This document shows positions 12,561 through 26,225 of a stretch of 64,000 nucleotides of DNA, piece after piece. The translations under genes were made by a program, and so were the position numbers. The notes beneath the pieces are model-generated. The model saw nothing but the letters and a program-made list of their open reading frames with translations, did not search any database and was not told where the DNA came from. Position 1 is the stretch's first letter. The number at the start of each line of letters is the position of its first letter. The stretch comes from Octopus sinensis (taxonomy: Eukaryota): contig NC_042998.1 in assembly GCF_006345805.1 (NCBI RefSeq), forward strand, positions 51,708,001-51,772,000, read 5' to 3'.

Positions 12561-13851
12561 TTAGCAAGTACAGCACTAACATTGTGTTAATTCTGTTTAT
12601 GCTATTTGGGCTTTCCATTGTATTTGTGACTAAATTTCGGAATGGATTTGAAGAAGATTTGGTTGCTATTTCTAACAGGATTTTTTTCATTCTGTCTGAC
12701 ATTGTTTAACTATTTTGAAACCAAATTACCTTGTGTCCTGCACCACTGCTTGACAACCAGTGATGTGTTTACGTGCCCATAATTTAGCAGATCACCAATA
12801 GAGACTGATAAAATAACTAACCTACTCTTCCCATAACCAACCACTTGACAGCATGGAGTGAGTACATTTTATCATGCTATTAGGATTATAGACAATCATC
12901 TGTCGAGACTAAAATGATTATAAATATTAATATTCAGATTCCATTTGCCTTTTACTATTTAGAAATAGATAATGCTTTGCTCTAACAACAAAAATCAAAT
13001 AAAAAAAATAATTCAATGTCAACAACATGATTACAAAAGGAATTATTTTAAGACTAAGGTGGAACCTGATATCTGTCAGTAGTAGAGATTGCAACAGGTA
13101 AGAAAAAGCAGATAATGTTGGTGCTTCTAGTTTTAAGCTATGGCTAAATTCAGTATTTATGATGAACTGATTAAACACCCAGCTATTTAGAGTGTAGAAA
13201 AGCACATGACTGAATAAATATTCTTATAAAGAATGTGGTAGCTATAAGGATTAAAACTACTTGCTATCAATAAGATTAAAAAAGCTCTAGACAAGCTAAA
13301 ATCTGATATAAATAACAACTGCACAGTTGTGTGAAATAACAGGAGTTGGTAGTGTACACTAGAAGAGTCAAGAAAACTTTTTTTTTTTAAATTTCAAATG
13401 AGCAAACGAGCAAAGTTAGGTAACAACAGCAATTGTTATAATAGAAATGACAAATTCTAAACTATGCCCATGTATCTAGTTCACATTATTTCTCAAGCCA
13501 GATTTACTTTAAAATATAAATAAAACATCATTTAATTAAAGTAAAATACTATTCCATCTGTGAGCTTATAAACCCAAACTACCCACAAGATTTATAAGCA
13601 CTATATATTACAAATAGAGAAACTCAATAGCTACTGTCAACCTAATAAAAGGAATCTACTTATACCTTTTACAGATTTTCATAAAATATGTTGGAAAAGC
13701 AAAACAATATTTTTATACTCTTATACTTAAACATGCCTAAATATGGATCTTTCAAACACAAACAATATAGGAACTGAGTACAAAGGAGTTGCATTCTTTA
13801 GCATTATACATAATAGGTTTCTTACGTCACAATTACAAATACACATTCGCG

Positions 13852-13884
<33 letters not shown>

Positions 13885-14079
13885 GCGCACAAAATGCATA
13901 GATACACATGTATCGAAGATCTATGACAAAGTAGTTCAACCACAGCTTTTTAAAAAGCCTTCACTGTGAAACTAAACAGATGTAAATAGAACTTTGTATT
14001 CTTTTCACACAGATAAAAGAGATCGCTCTAACAGGTTTCCCAGTTTGTTGATCACTCAGCAAACAAGTACATATACATG

Positions 14080-14113
<34 letters not shown>

Positions 14114-15670
14114 TTCCCTTGTATACCACACCTTGCTCAGTTTTCAAACTAAGACCTATTTTATGTTGTTTGACAATTATATATGCCATCACTTGAAGCA
14201 ACTTTTCCTTTGGAACTCTACCTGCCAATTCACAGCCAATGTTTAAAATGAAAAAGCAAACTTGACTTTTCTACAATGGCTGTCAGTCTTAACTTACTCA
14301 TGTGTGTATATTATTATTACTTACAGACAATCTGACCCCTCTTCAACATAGTATAGCATAAATTTGCACAAGCCTACCTACTCATTCAAACTACTAAATA
14401 GTTTCACACTAACAACTACCTAATGCTACTTGCTATTCCCCATAAACGAAGTCTTGTAGTTTAACTTTCTCTTAGTCATCGGTCTTGAGATGGCAACGCT
14501 TACACTAAAATTACACAAAAGATTGTAACACATGTTAATCATTAACAAATTATCATTAATCAAGAGTGGAATACAAATACAGGTATGTAAACAATTGAAT
14601 AGGTTCCAAAATTTCCCTTTAAAATCTAGATTCACAATCTGTTAAAACTTTGCAAACTACCATTCAAGTCACAATACTTTCAGAATTTTCAATTTCTTGA
14701 ATGGTGTACCACATATATATTCTCACTCTTTCTTTTCATCCTTCACTTCATTAACCATTACACACTATGGGGTGGTAGAAGTGTGCTGCCATACAGAAGA
14801 AATTGTCACATCTCCCCATTCTCCAAGTATCTACACTAGTTTAACTCAAATTTCCTAAAAACCTAGCTCCGGAACAATAGACCAAAAAGTAGTAATTAGC
14901 AAATTAATCCCTTTTAACAAGCAAGAAAAAATTCTTTTTTTAGATCAAATACTGCTGTTTCATCCAAACATTACAATACCTTCGTTAAATACATAAAAAG
15001 ACATTATGGAAAAACAAAATTTCACAACCATGTTCTGAAAACACATGTTCCACGTTTGGGAAACATGAATGAAACGACAATGGTTCACAGACAATACATT
15101 GCATCAATCTTAGACTTAGCCAATCTTACAGATTTTTTTATATCTTCGCAATGTACACATACCAACTACACAGTGAAAGATCGCCTGAACATGGGAGGGC
15201 ACATGTTATGGTGGTCTTCCACTTTTAGCCTATTTCCACAACAAGCAAGCACGCAGTCACATATACCAAAACCAAAACACAACAGGATCTGAAAATCACT
15301 CATCCACTCAATCCAAACAAGCATAAAAAAAAAAAAAATCAGAAATAGCTGTAGTTAAGAACAGCTTCATGAGGTCAAAAAACTATAATAAGATTCACAC
15401 AATTAACAATTAGTGTAGAAGAACAGCAACTGTTATGTTTTGAACAAGTCCATCTTGCCAACCTTCACTGTAGCCACCACCATACTATACAGCAGAGAGT
15501 GCAACACATCTAGGCTGACACATTGCACCCATTGATCCACAAGGTGGATTGCACATTATGGTATTCAGCCAAAGAGAGGTATGATATTAAAATTAGAGGT
15601 TGACTGAATATATACCATAGAACTGTTTGATCATGGCTGGCAACAAAAGCCCTAAACACATTCTAGTTTG

Positions 15671-15874
15671 CCCTTTAGCATTCAGATTTTCTGTCATATG
15701 TAATACTTAGTTATTCACATAAATTTCAGTTAATCATGAATTATCTCATAGCTTCAAGATTTTGATGATAGTTTATTTTTAGAATGACAGAGTATGTATG
15801 AGAAGCCAAATCTAACTGGTTTGAACTTTAAACAGGTAAAATATATGAGCCAGTTATCTGGCTGGTTTAAAGAG
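15671..15874 (-). mobile_element. piggyBac-like TTAA MITE M1, orientation B, right TIR damaged
   Basis: CCCTTTAGCATTCAGATTTT...gctggtttaaagagtt. Confidence 0.65.
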
Positions 15875-16289
15875 TTATTGCATTATAATGAAATTAGATT
15901 GTATTTAGGATTTAAACGAGAATCTTGCCGAAATAAGGAAACAAGAAAATAATTCAGTTACTGTGATATAAGGAATTATATCCAGGATGTTATAAAGCAT
16001 TCTTAAATGGCTAAACATCCATTCATTTGTTTTATCCTTGATAAAAGGTCAAGAAAGTTCAGTTCGGTAAATTTGAATATTTGATTAATTTGTTGAGGTA
16101 TATTTCACAAATGGGTATATTTATCAAAACACATTTTACAAATGAATATATTTATGTAAAACATGCAAGTGGTAGCATCAACCTGAGTATGGTCATGGGA
16201 GGAAAAGTACAAAGAGCTATTTCTGCTAACAAAACACATAGCAAGGCAGGCATATCATATTAACAAAGTGCAATACAAAATGTGAGATG

Positions 16290-16590
16290 TGGACCCCTGA
16301 TAGAAGAGGATATACAAAGACTGGAAAATAATGGGGTCAGCACACTTTGATGTACAATTTCAGCATGAATGAACAACTAAGTGCAAGCTTGTTGAGAGAA
16401 GCTAGGCATCAGAGGTAGGTATCTGCTGAAATGGCATTATGTCAACACAAATTGATAGACATGAGAGTATTGACTAAAACAAGTACAAGACTGGGGAAGA
16501 GGAAGACCAAATACAACATGGCCAGAAGTAGTCTGACTTGATGTTAGATTGCTGAGCTTCATAAAGGAGACAGCGAACAGCAACAAGTGG
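16290..16590 (+). mobile_element. Degenerate RTE RT C-terminal fragment
   Basis: Aligns by eye to 52190-52500 (ETW..E..QRLE.N; LREKLGIRG; GRGRPxxTW); stops and frameshifts. Confidence 0.55.
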
Positions 16591-16730
16591 AGATGCAGCA
16601 TTGTAACTCATCCAAATCAAAACAGCATTAAAAAAAAAAGGTCATTCTTCAAGCAAAAGATTGCTTTCAGGATTTGACTTCATAACCTTTCAAGACACTA
16701 AAGCCAGTTAATACCCCCAGATTCTATACA

Positions 16731-17079
16731 AGCGTAGCTGCGTGGTAAGAAGTTTGGTTCCTAACCACACAGTTCTGGATTCAGTCCCTCTGTGTGGCAC
16801 CTTAGGCAAGTGTCTACTATAGCTTTGAGCTGACCAAAGCCTTGTGAGTGGATTTGGTAGGCAGAAACTGAAAGAAGCCCACTGTGTGTGTGTGTCCCCC
16901 ACCACCACCTGACAACCAGTGTTGATGTGTTTAAATCCCTGTAACTTAGCAGTTCAGTAAAAGAGACTGATAGAATCAATAGCAGGCTTAAAATATTGGG
17001 ATTGATTCATTCAACCAAAAAAAAAAAAAATTCTAGGTTCTACCCCATCATGGCCACAGTCTTAGGACTGAAACAAAAG
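16731..17079 (+). mobile_element. SINE family A copy
   Basis: Same head, core and tail as other A copies; CpG-poor. Confidence 0.75.
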
Positions 17080-17324
17080 TTGGACTTTTTCAAATGGGTT
17101 AAAAATGTATGACAATGCTGAGAGGAGGAATTTTATGTCAGTGATTGGAATACTAACGAGTTCATTAGAAAAGGATATAAAATGTTAATTGGGAAAAAAA
17201 GAATCAGTCTTCTTGGAAAATGAAAATACAAAATAAATTGCAAACTATTTTTAAAATAAAATTGTTCATTTACGATAAATATACTTTCACTGGGATCAGT
17301 CATTGGACTGTAATACAACTACAG

Positions 17325-19560
17325 CAGGGGTCTGCAAGTTTTACCCCGCCCCTGAATTGTCTGGCAAATTAGTGTATAAATAAGCATCAAGAATTTCAAA
17401 TATGGGAGTTATCCACATATCAATTAACACTCACTTTCTATGCTGGCATGGGCTGGCAAGCTAGAAGATTGCACCAGTCTTCAATGTCTTGGCATGATTT
17501 TTACAGTTGGATGCCCTTCCTAATGCCAACCACCTTAGAGTGGACTAAGCATTGTTTGGCAGGCTTATATGTACACACACATGTAATGCATCAGGTTATA
17601 ATTTTCATTAAATCAATAGACAGTGCATGCTATAAAATCATTTTAACTTAGTAATGGATACCAGTTAATAATTAAAAAAAAATTCAATTAAGCTGCTATT
17701 TTTTTTAATGTAAGTAAATTTTGAATATATTATAAGCTATTTTTAAACAAAATGCATAGAAAGGTGGTAAATTGTGTATAAAATAAACTTTTAAAAAATA
17801 TTAATGCAAACAGTATTTGAAGTATTGAGGAAAACTGATGCAGTATGTTGCACAAAAGCTCAATATTGAGTATCAAACTTTATGTCAACATGAAGACATT
17901 ATCCAGATGGGTATCTTAAATAGACCTTGGCGTGCCTCATTTAAAAAAAAAATAATTGCCCTTACAAGATAAATGTTCAAATAAGAAATGATTCTTCTCA
18001 CTTGAATGAATATATTTTCTACACAATTCAAGTAGACACATTCAGAATGAAATTTCCATTTTAGTATGTCATCATACTGCATTTCAATCAATTCTTTTTG
18101 ATATTTTTTCCAATGCAGTGTCCACATCCACTTCAAATAATGGCACCAAACAGCAGAAGCTTATTTGCATGCAAGTGAAAAACCAACCAAAGTAAGATGA
18201 AAACTTTCCGTCATTCTTGGACCAAATTCAGAAAATGCTTTTGATCTTTTTTTTCTTCTTTTTGTTAAATAGTAGAATGTGTACAATTTCCTTTTTGAAG
18301 TTGGTATTCCAACAATTGTAGTTCTCTTTCAAACAAAACACTATGACCTTACTTTCTATGTCTCAGCTGATCTCCCCCCTACCCCCACCCTTCAATTTGT
18401 ATCAAGGTATTTAAATAAGATGCCATAAAAAATGCCAAGGTTGCAAGCCAATCAGAATCACGATAAAATTTTTGCTTTGATGGAATATTGCTATCTTATG
18501 AAATACAAATACTCTATCCAGTATTGACCTTCAGCTAAGCCAGCCTACATTGCTGAAATAATCCAGATCTCCACATTCAGCTTCTGTATTGAACAATAAC
18601 TGCTGAAAATGACAATGACTTACTTCATGAAACAGGACTAGATTCACAATGCCCATAGTATATTCCAATTTGTAACACTTGGCCACATAATGCAATGGAT
18701 TTTAATCAGTTTCTGTGATTTTGAAGCTTTCCAGTTAACCTTACAGCAATGTAACGATTTTTTTTCTGGCCCAACAGCTGTAGTGTCAATTAGCTTCAGC
18801 AGTTTCATTTAACTCCATTCTCAAGAAAACTTCAAAAATATGCTCTATCAACTACTCGAGATAGGAATTCAATACCCACATCAAAACACCAAGTTGAGCA
18901 AGGTCTCTAAAGTCTACGCTCTCATTAAGCAGAAGCTAAAGATAAAACAGCAATTTGTTGTAAGCATCACTCAAACAAGTTAAAACATCTGACATTTTAA
19001 CTTGTCAGGTCATTTCTGCAGATAGGCTGATAAGATGCAAAATAAAGATTTCTTTTCAGGACAAATCCACCATTACTAGTAAACATTTTTAGACAAACTC
19101 TACACCTGTTGAAATGCTTCTTCATTTCTGAAATATCTTTTGAGATTCATAAATGATAAAATATTTTTTGCATGTCAATGCTTTGCTTGAACAAAAAAAG
19201 AAAAAAACCCTTATGTTAGTTTTCAAAAAAATAGTCAATTTTCAATCACTAAGCTTTACCTATCCTTGTTAAAATTTCCAATATGGTGAACCTTGTAATA
19301 CTGCCTGATATTTTCCACTTTCTTCACAGCAAATTTTCCAAGGTAAATATAGCAGACTGGTTTCCCAGTGAGCTCGAAATTGTACTCTGAAGTTCAAATA
19401 CATATAGAAAATTTCAATACAGCATCTACCTTACTGCATTTTGCCTTCGTTGCCAGAAATGCCTTTTTATTTATGTACATGATATTATTCAACTATTTTG
19501 CCTGCCTGGCTTAAAAGGATTACTGTTTTTCCCTGGGTGAAAATATTACAGCCAAAAAGC
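17325..19560 (-). pseudogene. Fossil hAT transposase element (GTF2IRD2/SPIN/Buster-type)
   Basis: Minus-strand remnants in correct order: GKPVCYI..ENFAVKKVENIRQYYKVHH (BED-like, ~19280-19370); LLLNESVDFRDLAQLGVL (first catalytic-D region, ~18890-18940); IHCI (CxxH region, ~18690); QLLFNTEAECGDLDYFSNVGWLS*RSILDRVF (RW motif, ~18510-18610); QKELIEMQYDDILKWKF (~18050-18100). hAT-like TIR CAGGGGTCTGCAA at 17325; the opposite TIR was not found. Confidence 0.85.
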
Positions 19561-19574
19561 AGTTAATAACGCAC

Positions 19575-19800
19575 ATTAGTCCGTCAGCATTTAAACCAGC
19601 CATACCTGGCCCTAATATTCCAAATTGTTTTATGTCAAAACTGGCCAGATCTGGCCTCTCACACTTATTCGGCAATGTCATTCTAAAAATATACAATCAC
19701 ATCAAAATTTTGAAGCCACGAGATAGTGTGTGACTGATTCAATACAATGTGAATAAATAAGCATTACATTTGATAGAGTAATCTGAATGCAAAAAGAGTT
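19575..19800 (+). mobile_element. piggyBac-like TTAA MITE M1, orientation A, nested in the hAT subterminal region
   Basis: ttag|TCCGTCAGCATTTAAACC...GAATGCAAAAAGAG|ttaa; splits a direct repeat whose intact partner lies at ~19965-20050. Confidence 0.7.
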
Positions 19801-22257
19801 AAATATTTGACATCAATATTGTTTTGGGCTAACAATCGAAATTCGTCTTGGAGGCGAATAGAGTACATGACTCAGATGAGTTGAAATAACAGTGAAATAT
19901 CGATATTTGTCGTTCTTGTTCACCTCCAGAGCAATTCATTTCGTCTGGCTTTGAACACACTATATCGCTAAAAGAATTTTCCTTGGACAGAATGTTGCAG
20001 CCAAAGAAAGCATTTAACACACATTAAACATGTGACGTCGATAATGCTTACTTTACAGAGCTGCTTTTCAACTAGAAATTTAAAATATCTGGTTCATATG
20101 ATATCGGGGTTATTGCGAAAGATGTCAAGAAAGTACGTGATATACCCAACAGTATGTGAACTTGTCAAGGAATCACCACCATATGGTGGACAGAGAGGGG
20201 AGAGCATTCATGGTCTAGTGTTACATTAGCCCAGTCTACAAAGCGAAGAAAGTCATCCGTAGGATACTTACACCAGTTCTCATTAATATTTACTTACACA
20301 TCACCTCAACATGAACGAGATTCTGCCACCAGCCCCCATTATAAATGCGATGTTTAGGGAGCTAGCTGTAACTATATAAGCTTTAAGACTGACAGAAAAA
20401 AAGTTTCCAAGTGCGAGAAAACAAGTCCAGCGTATAAAATTTTTATAAATGAATTACTAAATAAATGGGCAGAGACTCCTAATCCTACAATATAAAATAC
20501 CATACATATAATAAAATCCTGCTCGTATAAATTTGACATTCTAATAAAACAAGCATTTTAGATAAGCATTTTTCTGAAGTAACACACGTACGCAAATTAA
20601 TTTAGGCAGAATGTGTGTGTGAACAATTTCTTAGAAAGTTAGTCTTCAGTTTCACTTGCGGAGATCAATATTCACCAATGAGCTACAAATACTTAAAAGG
20701 TGAAAGCTTATGCTACAGAAATATTAAGATATTTCAAAAGTAAATGCAACAGAAACTGAAACAAAAGGTTAAAAAAATTTTTTTTTTTTTTTTTAAAGTT
20801 TCACTTGCCCTCACTAATATTTTTACAGTACCATTAACCAACGAACCAACCTTTAAGCTGGTACCAGGCAAAACTAGTGAAATGAACAAATGTAAACTTT
20901 GCAACTTTTGATCAACACTAGACATATGTGTCAGCATGACTTAATGAACACGTTTTTAATGCAAAGCTATCAGAGCAAAGAAACAGGTTTAATAATAATA
21001 TTCGCCGTATCTCAAATTAGTCTAATAGAATTCAACTGTGGTAAAATAAAATTACTCGAGCTATGTAAACTGCAGCAAGCCATCATCATTTTGAAAGGTG
21101 GTTGAAACGAATTAGGGTTGAAAGAGAAATTTTCTTTCTCCTGCTGATACAAAATCTAGCAGCGAAATATCAGTCAGGCCTCTTACAAAAAAATAAATGA
21201 ATATATAAAGAGAGGAGGAAGCAGAGAGAGATAAGTCTGAATAAAGGTCACGAACGGAATGCCTGCTCGATCAGGGCCGGCCTGGGGTTAAAACCACTAC
21301 AACAACTGTGTTACTAAATCTCCAATAAAGGCGAGAAAAGTTGGGAGCAAGCTGGCAAGATCAACAGGCACACTCACGTAAGAACGTCAAGTACGTCAGG
21401 TTGTGTAGTTGTAATGTTCAATTTAACACTACAGGCTCTGTAACAGACATGACTTTCTCACTTGCTAGTTAAATACATTTTACTGGCAAGCCAACAATTT
21501 CTCATAAAATCCTCAACTCCATGAAGCACGCAGTGGTATAAAATCAATTAGGACTGATGATAGAACAACGTTGATAAAACGTGCAGCAAGCATGGTCTCG
21601 AAAACCAGAAATCATCATTATCAACTCACGTAAATGAGTAAAAAAAATAATGAATGGTATAGAAGAGTACATTATGTGTGATGAAATAATGTATTCCGTT
21701 AATAATAAGAGTAATTTTGCAGCCCTTTTTTGGCATAGCGATAATTGATACGTACTGCTCCAGCATAACCGCAGTCCAGTGACTGAAACAGGTAAAAAGA
21801 CAGATAAAAATTCGTATGTATATGTTATAAACACAGTAAAGTATATGCGGATTCGACGCATTCGCCATATACACACAATAAGGCATGCATCATATAACTG
21901 TATATTTCCCTAATAAATTGCTGGATTTTTACATCCAAACCTAGAACGAAAAGAACTTTCAGAAGTTTTATTTCTAACACAAAACATCTGAGGAACCAAC
22001 CATGTTCTTCGATAACCCCCAACACATCAATTCGTTGCGAAAATAATCTATGAGCACAATAGATCTTTCGGTCTTTCTCAAAGTTCATCTCGACACGCAC
22101 AAATGTCATTTTCCTCAACTTCGTTCATTCATATATGAACCCAGCCACAAAACGTCAGAAATGTTGTTCTCTGTTTGAAATATAAATACAAAGCAAATCT
22201 AGGGGAGAGAATTTCTTTAAACAACTAAATTGTTTTCCTCTCTACCTTTTTATCTAT

Positions 22258-22430
22258 CTCTTACATGTTCCAGTCATTGGACTGCGGGTGTACTGCCTCG
22301 AAGGCTTAGTCGAACGAATAGACCGCAGTACTTATTTTTTTAAAAAGCTTGGTTCTTATTCTGTTGTACTCATTTTGCTGAACTGCGGGAATATAAACTA
22401 ATACTAGTTGTCGAGTGCTGACAGGAAGGA

Positions 22431-22461
<31 letters not shown>

Positions 22462-22600
22462 TAGGCACGACGGGCTTCTTTCAGTTTCCGTCTACCAAAT
22501 CCACTCACAAGGCTTTGATCGGCCCGGGGTAACAGCAGAGATTTGCTTCAGGGGTACCACACAATGAGCATTAACTCTGAATCATGTGGTGGTGGGAACA
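22258..22600 (-). mobile_element. SINE family A copy
   Basis: Reverse complement of the family A consensus with internal (CA)n. Confidence 0.75.
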
Positions 22601-22845
22601 ATTTTTTTTTTTTTTGAATAATATAACCCTTTTACTACAGAAAGCAGATATATATCTACACAAAATTTCATTAACCTTAACTGTGGAAAGTAGTGTAATA
22701 TATCAACCTACTTTGCTGTTGAGATATATCGAGATTATAGAAGCACCGTGACTTGCAAATAATAAGCAGTTCTAATTTACTTTTTTTATAAAACATCATT
22801 ATTGGAATAACCATGAAATTTAATTTTCTCAGTGAAAGCATTAAA

Positions 22846-22885
<40 letters not shown>

Positions 22886-24953
22886 AAATAAACACTAAAA
22901 TAAATATTGTAGCAGTTTATCTTTCCAATTTCCACGCTTCGACATTAAACAGTTTAAAACAATGAAAACTGGAAGAAAAGCTAGATTCTCTAAAAAAAAA
23001 AAAAAAAACTTGTTAATACTAACTTCGAAGTTAACTACTAACAATATTAAAAAGTTCCAAAAGAATGTACTAGAGCTGAAATCTCTGCCGTCTCAACATC
23101 TAAGAGAGGCAGTTTGTTTGTTGTTTAAAAATTTACCAAATAAACTCTGACGGCAGAACAACTTCACTCCGCAAGTCCATCCCATTTCCCAGTCAAAATA
23201 AATCTCGCGGAGCTTCTCTCACTGACCGAAGAATAAAAACAAACGTTTATGCGCAGTACTAAATGAATCAATTGATTGATTAAAAGAGTCAGTCATTAGA
23301 CCGCGGCCACGCTGGAGCACCACCTTCATATTATAATTCGTTCGACAAAAATTCAAGGCGGTCTTCCAGCATGGCCACAGTCTAATTACTAAAACAAGTA
23401 AAAGATTAAAAAAAATATTTAACAAGAATTGTATCGATAGTGACTTCGAAGTTTCTGCACGCTTAGCTTCTTTCATCGGACAGGCCTCGGGCTAACGCAG
23501 GCCGAAACTCCGAAGTTACCGTCAACTTTATTTTTATGTACTCTAAAAGAAGTACTAAGTAATCCTTCATTTTAACATAACATTAATTTTATTATAACCT
23601 GACATAAAAACAATTATATACATACACAGTTCCTTCCATTTTAAGTGGATTTATTGTTGTCAATTGTCTCTAAAAAGAATTTTGAAAAAAATACCCGTTT
23701 CCAGATAATCCCCAAGAAAGCTTTGGACTTTAGGGAAAACTAATTAGACTAAGTTTATATTGAGATATAGAAAATACGAGAATGTAAGTGCAAAAAGAAG
23801 AAAGGATAGCGAGGGCTCAACAAGAAAAAGTTGGATTTGATAGATTTGTTTAATAACTCCTATGTTACAAAATCAATGATAGATAAAAAAAAAAATCGTC
23901 CGTTTATCAAAATAATACAGAAAAAAAAACGCTTTTCTCTAGCGTCATGGCCACCTACAGAAAACAAACCAATAACGAATGGACGTGTATGTATGTTTTT
24001 GTCATACCAATAAGAAGTAGCAGGCAAATTCCCTTTAAATCTGATCCCTATCATCTTCGAAAAAGGAAGGATACATGAAAATAATCTAGTCCAAGACACC
24101 AACTAACAAGTATGAAAATTAGAGGGGGGGGGAAGACGGTAACGATTGGAACCTGTTCGACCATAGAGTAAACAAGCGCCGACCTGGCACTGAATGAACA
24201 ATGCTACCCTAATCTCTCCCGCAACCTACAGATTCTAAGGATGCATGCAAAGCATACACACACCAAATTGGGGCTGTGCCGAAATATACCTACAAAAACA
24301 TACGCACGTACATACAAGGTGGCAGGCAGGCAGGTTGGCTGGCTGGCTGGCTAAGCTTGCAAGACAGAATTCTAGCTTTTAGCAGCAGCTTCATGTAAAC
24401 AAAGCCTTGTGTGCGTGGTGGTGTATATATATGTATGGCTGACAGTTGCAAAGAGGAGGAAATATATTCATCCGGTGGTTTACAACAGTTATTCGTACTT
24501 AAAAGTCATTTACATTTAACGCCAGCAGCAAGCAAAGAAAGTGAGAGAGAGGAGAGACAAGACAGAAGAGACACATAGCAACAAGAAGTTTGTGACTTTA
24601 ATGCCTTGCTGCCAAAATGCAGAAGATTTTTCATCAGGGTGCAAACACAATTCCAAACACGGAATCGGAGGTGTGGGGGGAGAGACAGGTCGATGTCATT
24701 CATTCAGTGTGACGCAAGGAGAGAAACTTGTAAATATAAGAAACAATGCAAAACACTAATTTTAATTCAGCACACTCTCAAATTACAGGTCGGTTATTCC
24801 AAGACCAAACTAATTAGAATCATTTTTGGAATTATAGTCTCACCATTGACAAGAAATGTCCTAAAATTTTCCATAAGAGTCGGTAAGGGAGATTGTTTTC
24901 GTGACGTTCCTGATAGTCAAATAAAGTAATATTTATACCTTAAATAAAACTAT

Positions 24954-25000
<47 letters not shown>

Positions 25001-25006
25001 ATATAT

Positions 25007-25059
<53 letters not shown>

Positions 25060-26194
25060 GGAGATAAGAGCACTCAATACATATAGAGTTCTTTCATCCT
25101 ATCTTCGAAGTTAACGATTCACGAAGTCGATACTCCGAGTTTCTCGCTTTGTTCATTCATGGTCTGTAATGCATGCGTGTATAAATAAATACACACACAC
25201 CAGAAATTTCTGTTTACGAACATTTAAGGCATTTGTATTGAGACCTTAAAGCTAAACTCAGTGTTCTGTATTTTCCTTTATAATGTAAGCTCCTTCGATG
25301 ACGGCCTTGGCCAACTGATTCATAACGGTTGAAACTAGGAAGATAATATCCAAAACAAAAGAACGCAACGCCTGATAGCGAAAACAAAAACGAAGCATTA
25401 ATCCATCTTTACCTCTAAAAGCCAACAGCAAATAATTCAGGCACAAGGCCCGAAATTTTAGGAAAGGGATAAGACGATTACATCGACACCAGTTCTGAGC
25501 TGGTGGTACTTATTTCATCGATCCCTGAAAGGTTGAAAGCCAATGTCGACCTCGGTGGAATTTGAACTCAAAACGTTAAGATGATGACGAACAACAGCTA
25601 ATGTCAGACTGAATTTTTATATAATATACAGAAAAATGTTAATGCCGAGGACAGAGGAGTTATGTATGCGGTGGGGTGCCAAAAATGTAATTAGTTGTTT
25701 TGTTTTTTCAAAGATGACCCAATTCACAAATGACAGTAAACACAGACTGCCTGCCATCTTTATGTCACACTATTCAATCAACTAACAATGGGGGTTGCGT
25801 TAACTGCCAAATAACACTGAATAAAATACACATTTCTGGCAAAATGAATACAATATATCTAATAAAAGTTATGATGCAAAAAAACTCAAGAAATTCAGAT
25901 CCCTCTCCCTAAGGGCAGAATCACTTAGCAATCCTTTTTTACCAGACAAAAAAAGGTAAACGATTAAAAAGGCGGGAAATCGTTGAATATTATATAAAAG
26001 TGGGGTAGTAACAAAACAGTAAACAACGATGTCGATGTGTTTTCCCTTAATTCTCATACGAAATTCAAATGAAATAAGTCCAAAACCCACTAATTCTATA
26101 TCGAATATACAGCTGAAATAAAACTATAATTATCCTCGAACATCCACATATTTTTTAATGTATTATTTTACCCCCTTTTCTTCTTAGATGTGTA

Positions 26195-26225
<31 letters not shown>

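Noticed and set aside
24010-24056. Minus-strand MIGIRFKGNLPATSY with plausible splice sites as ELL exon 2
   Set aside because: IRFxG similarity is short and misplaced, lacks the preceding P-[ST], and the 47-nt length would not preserve the expected phase.
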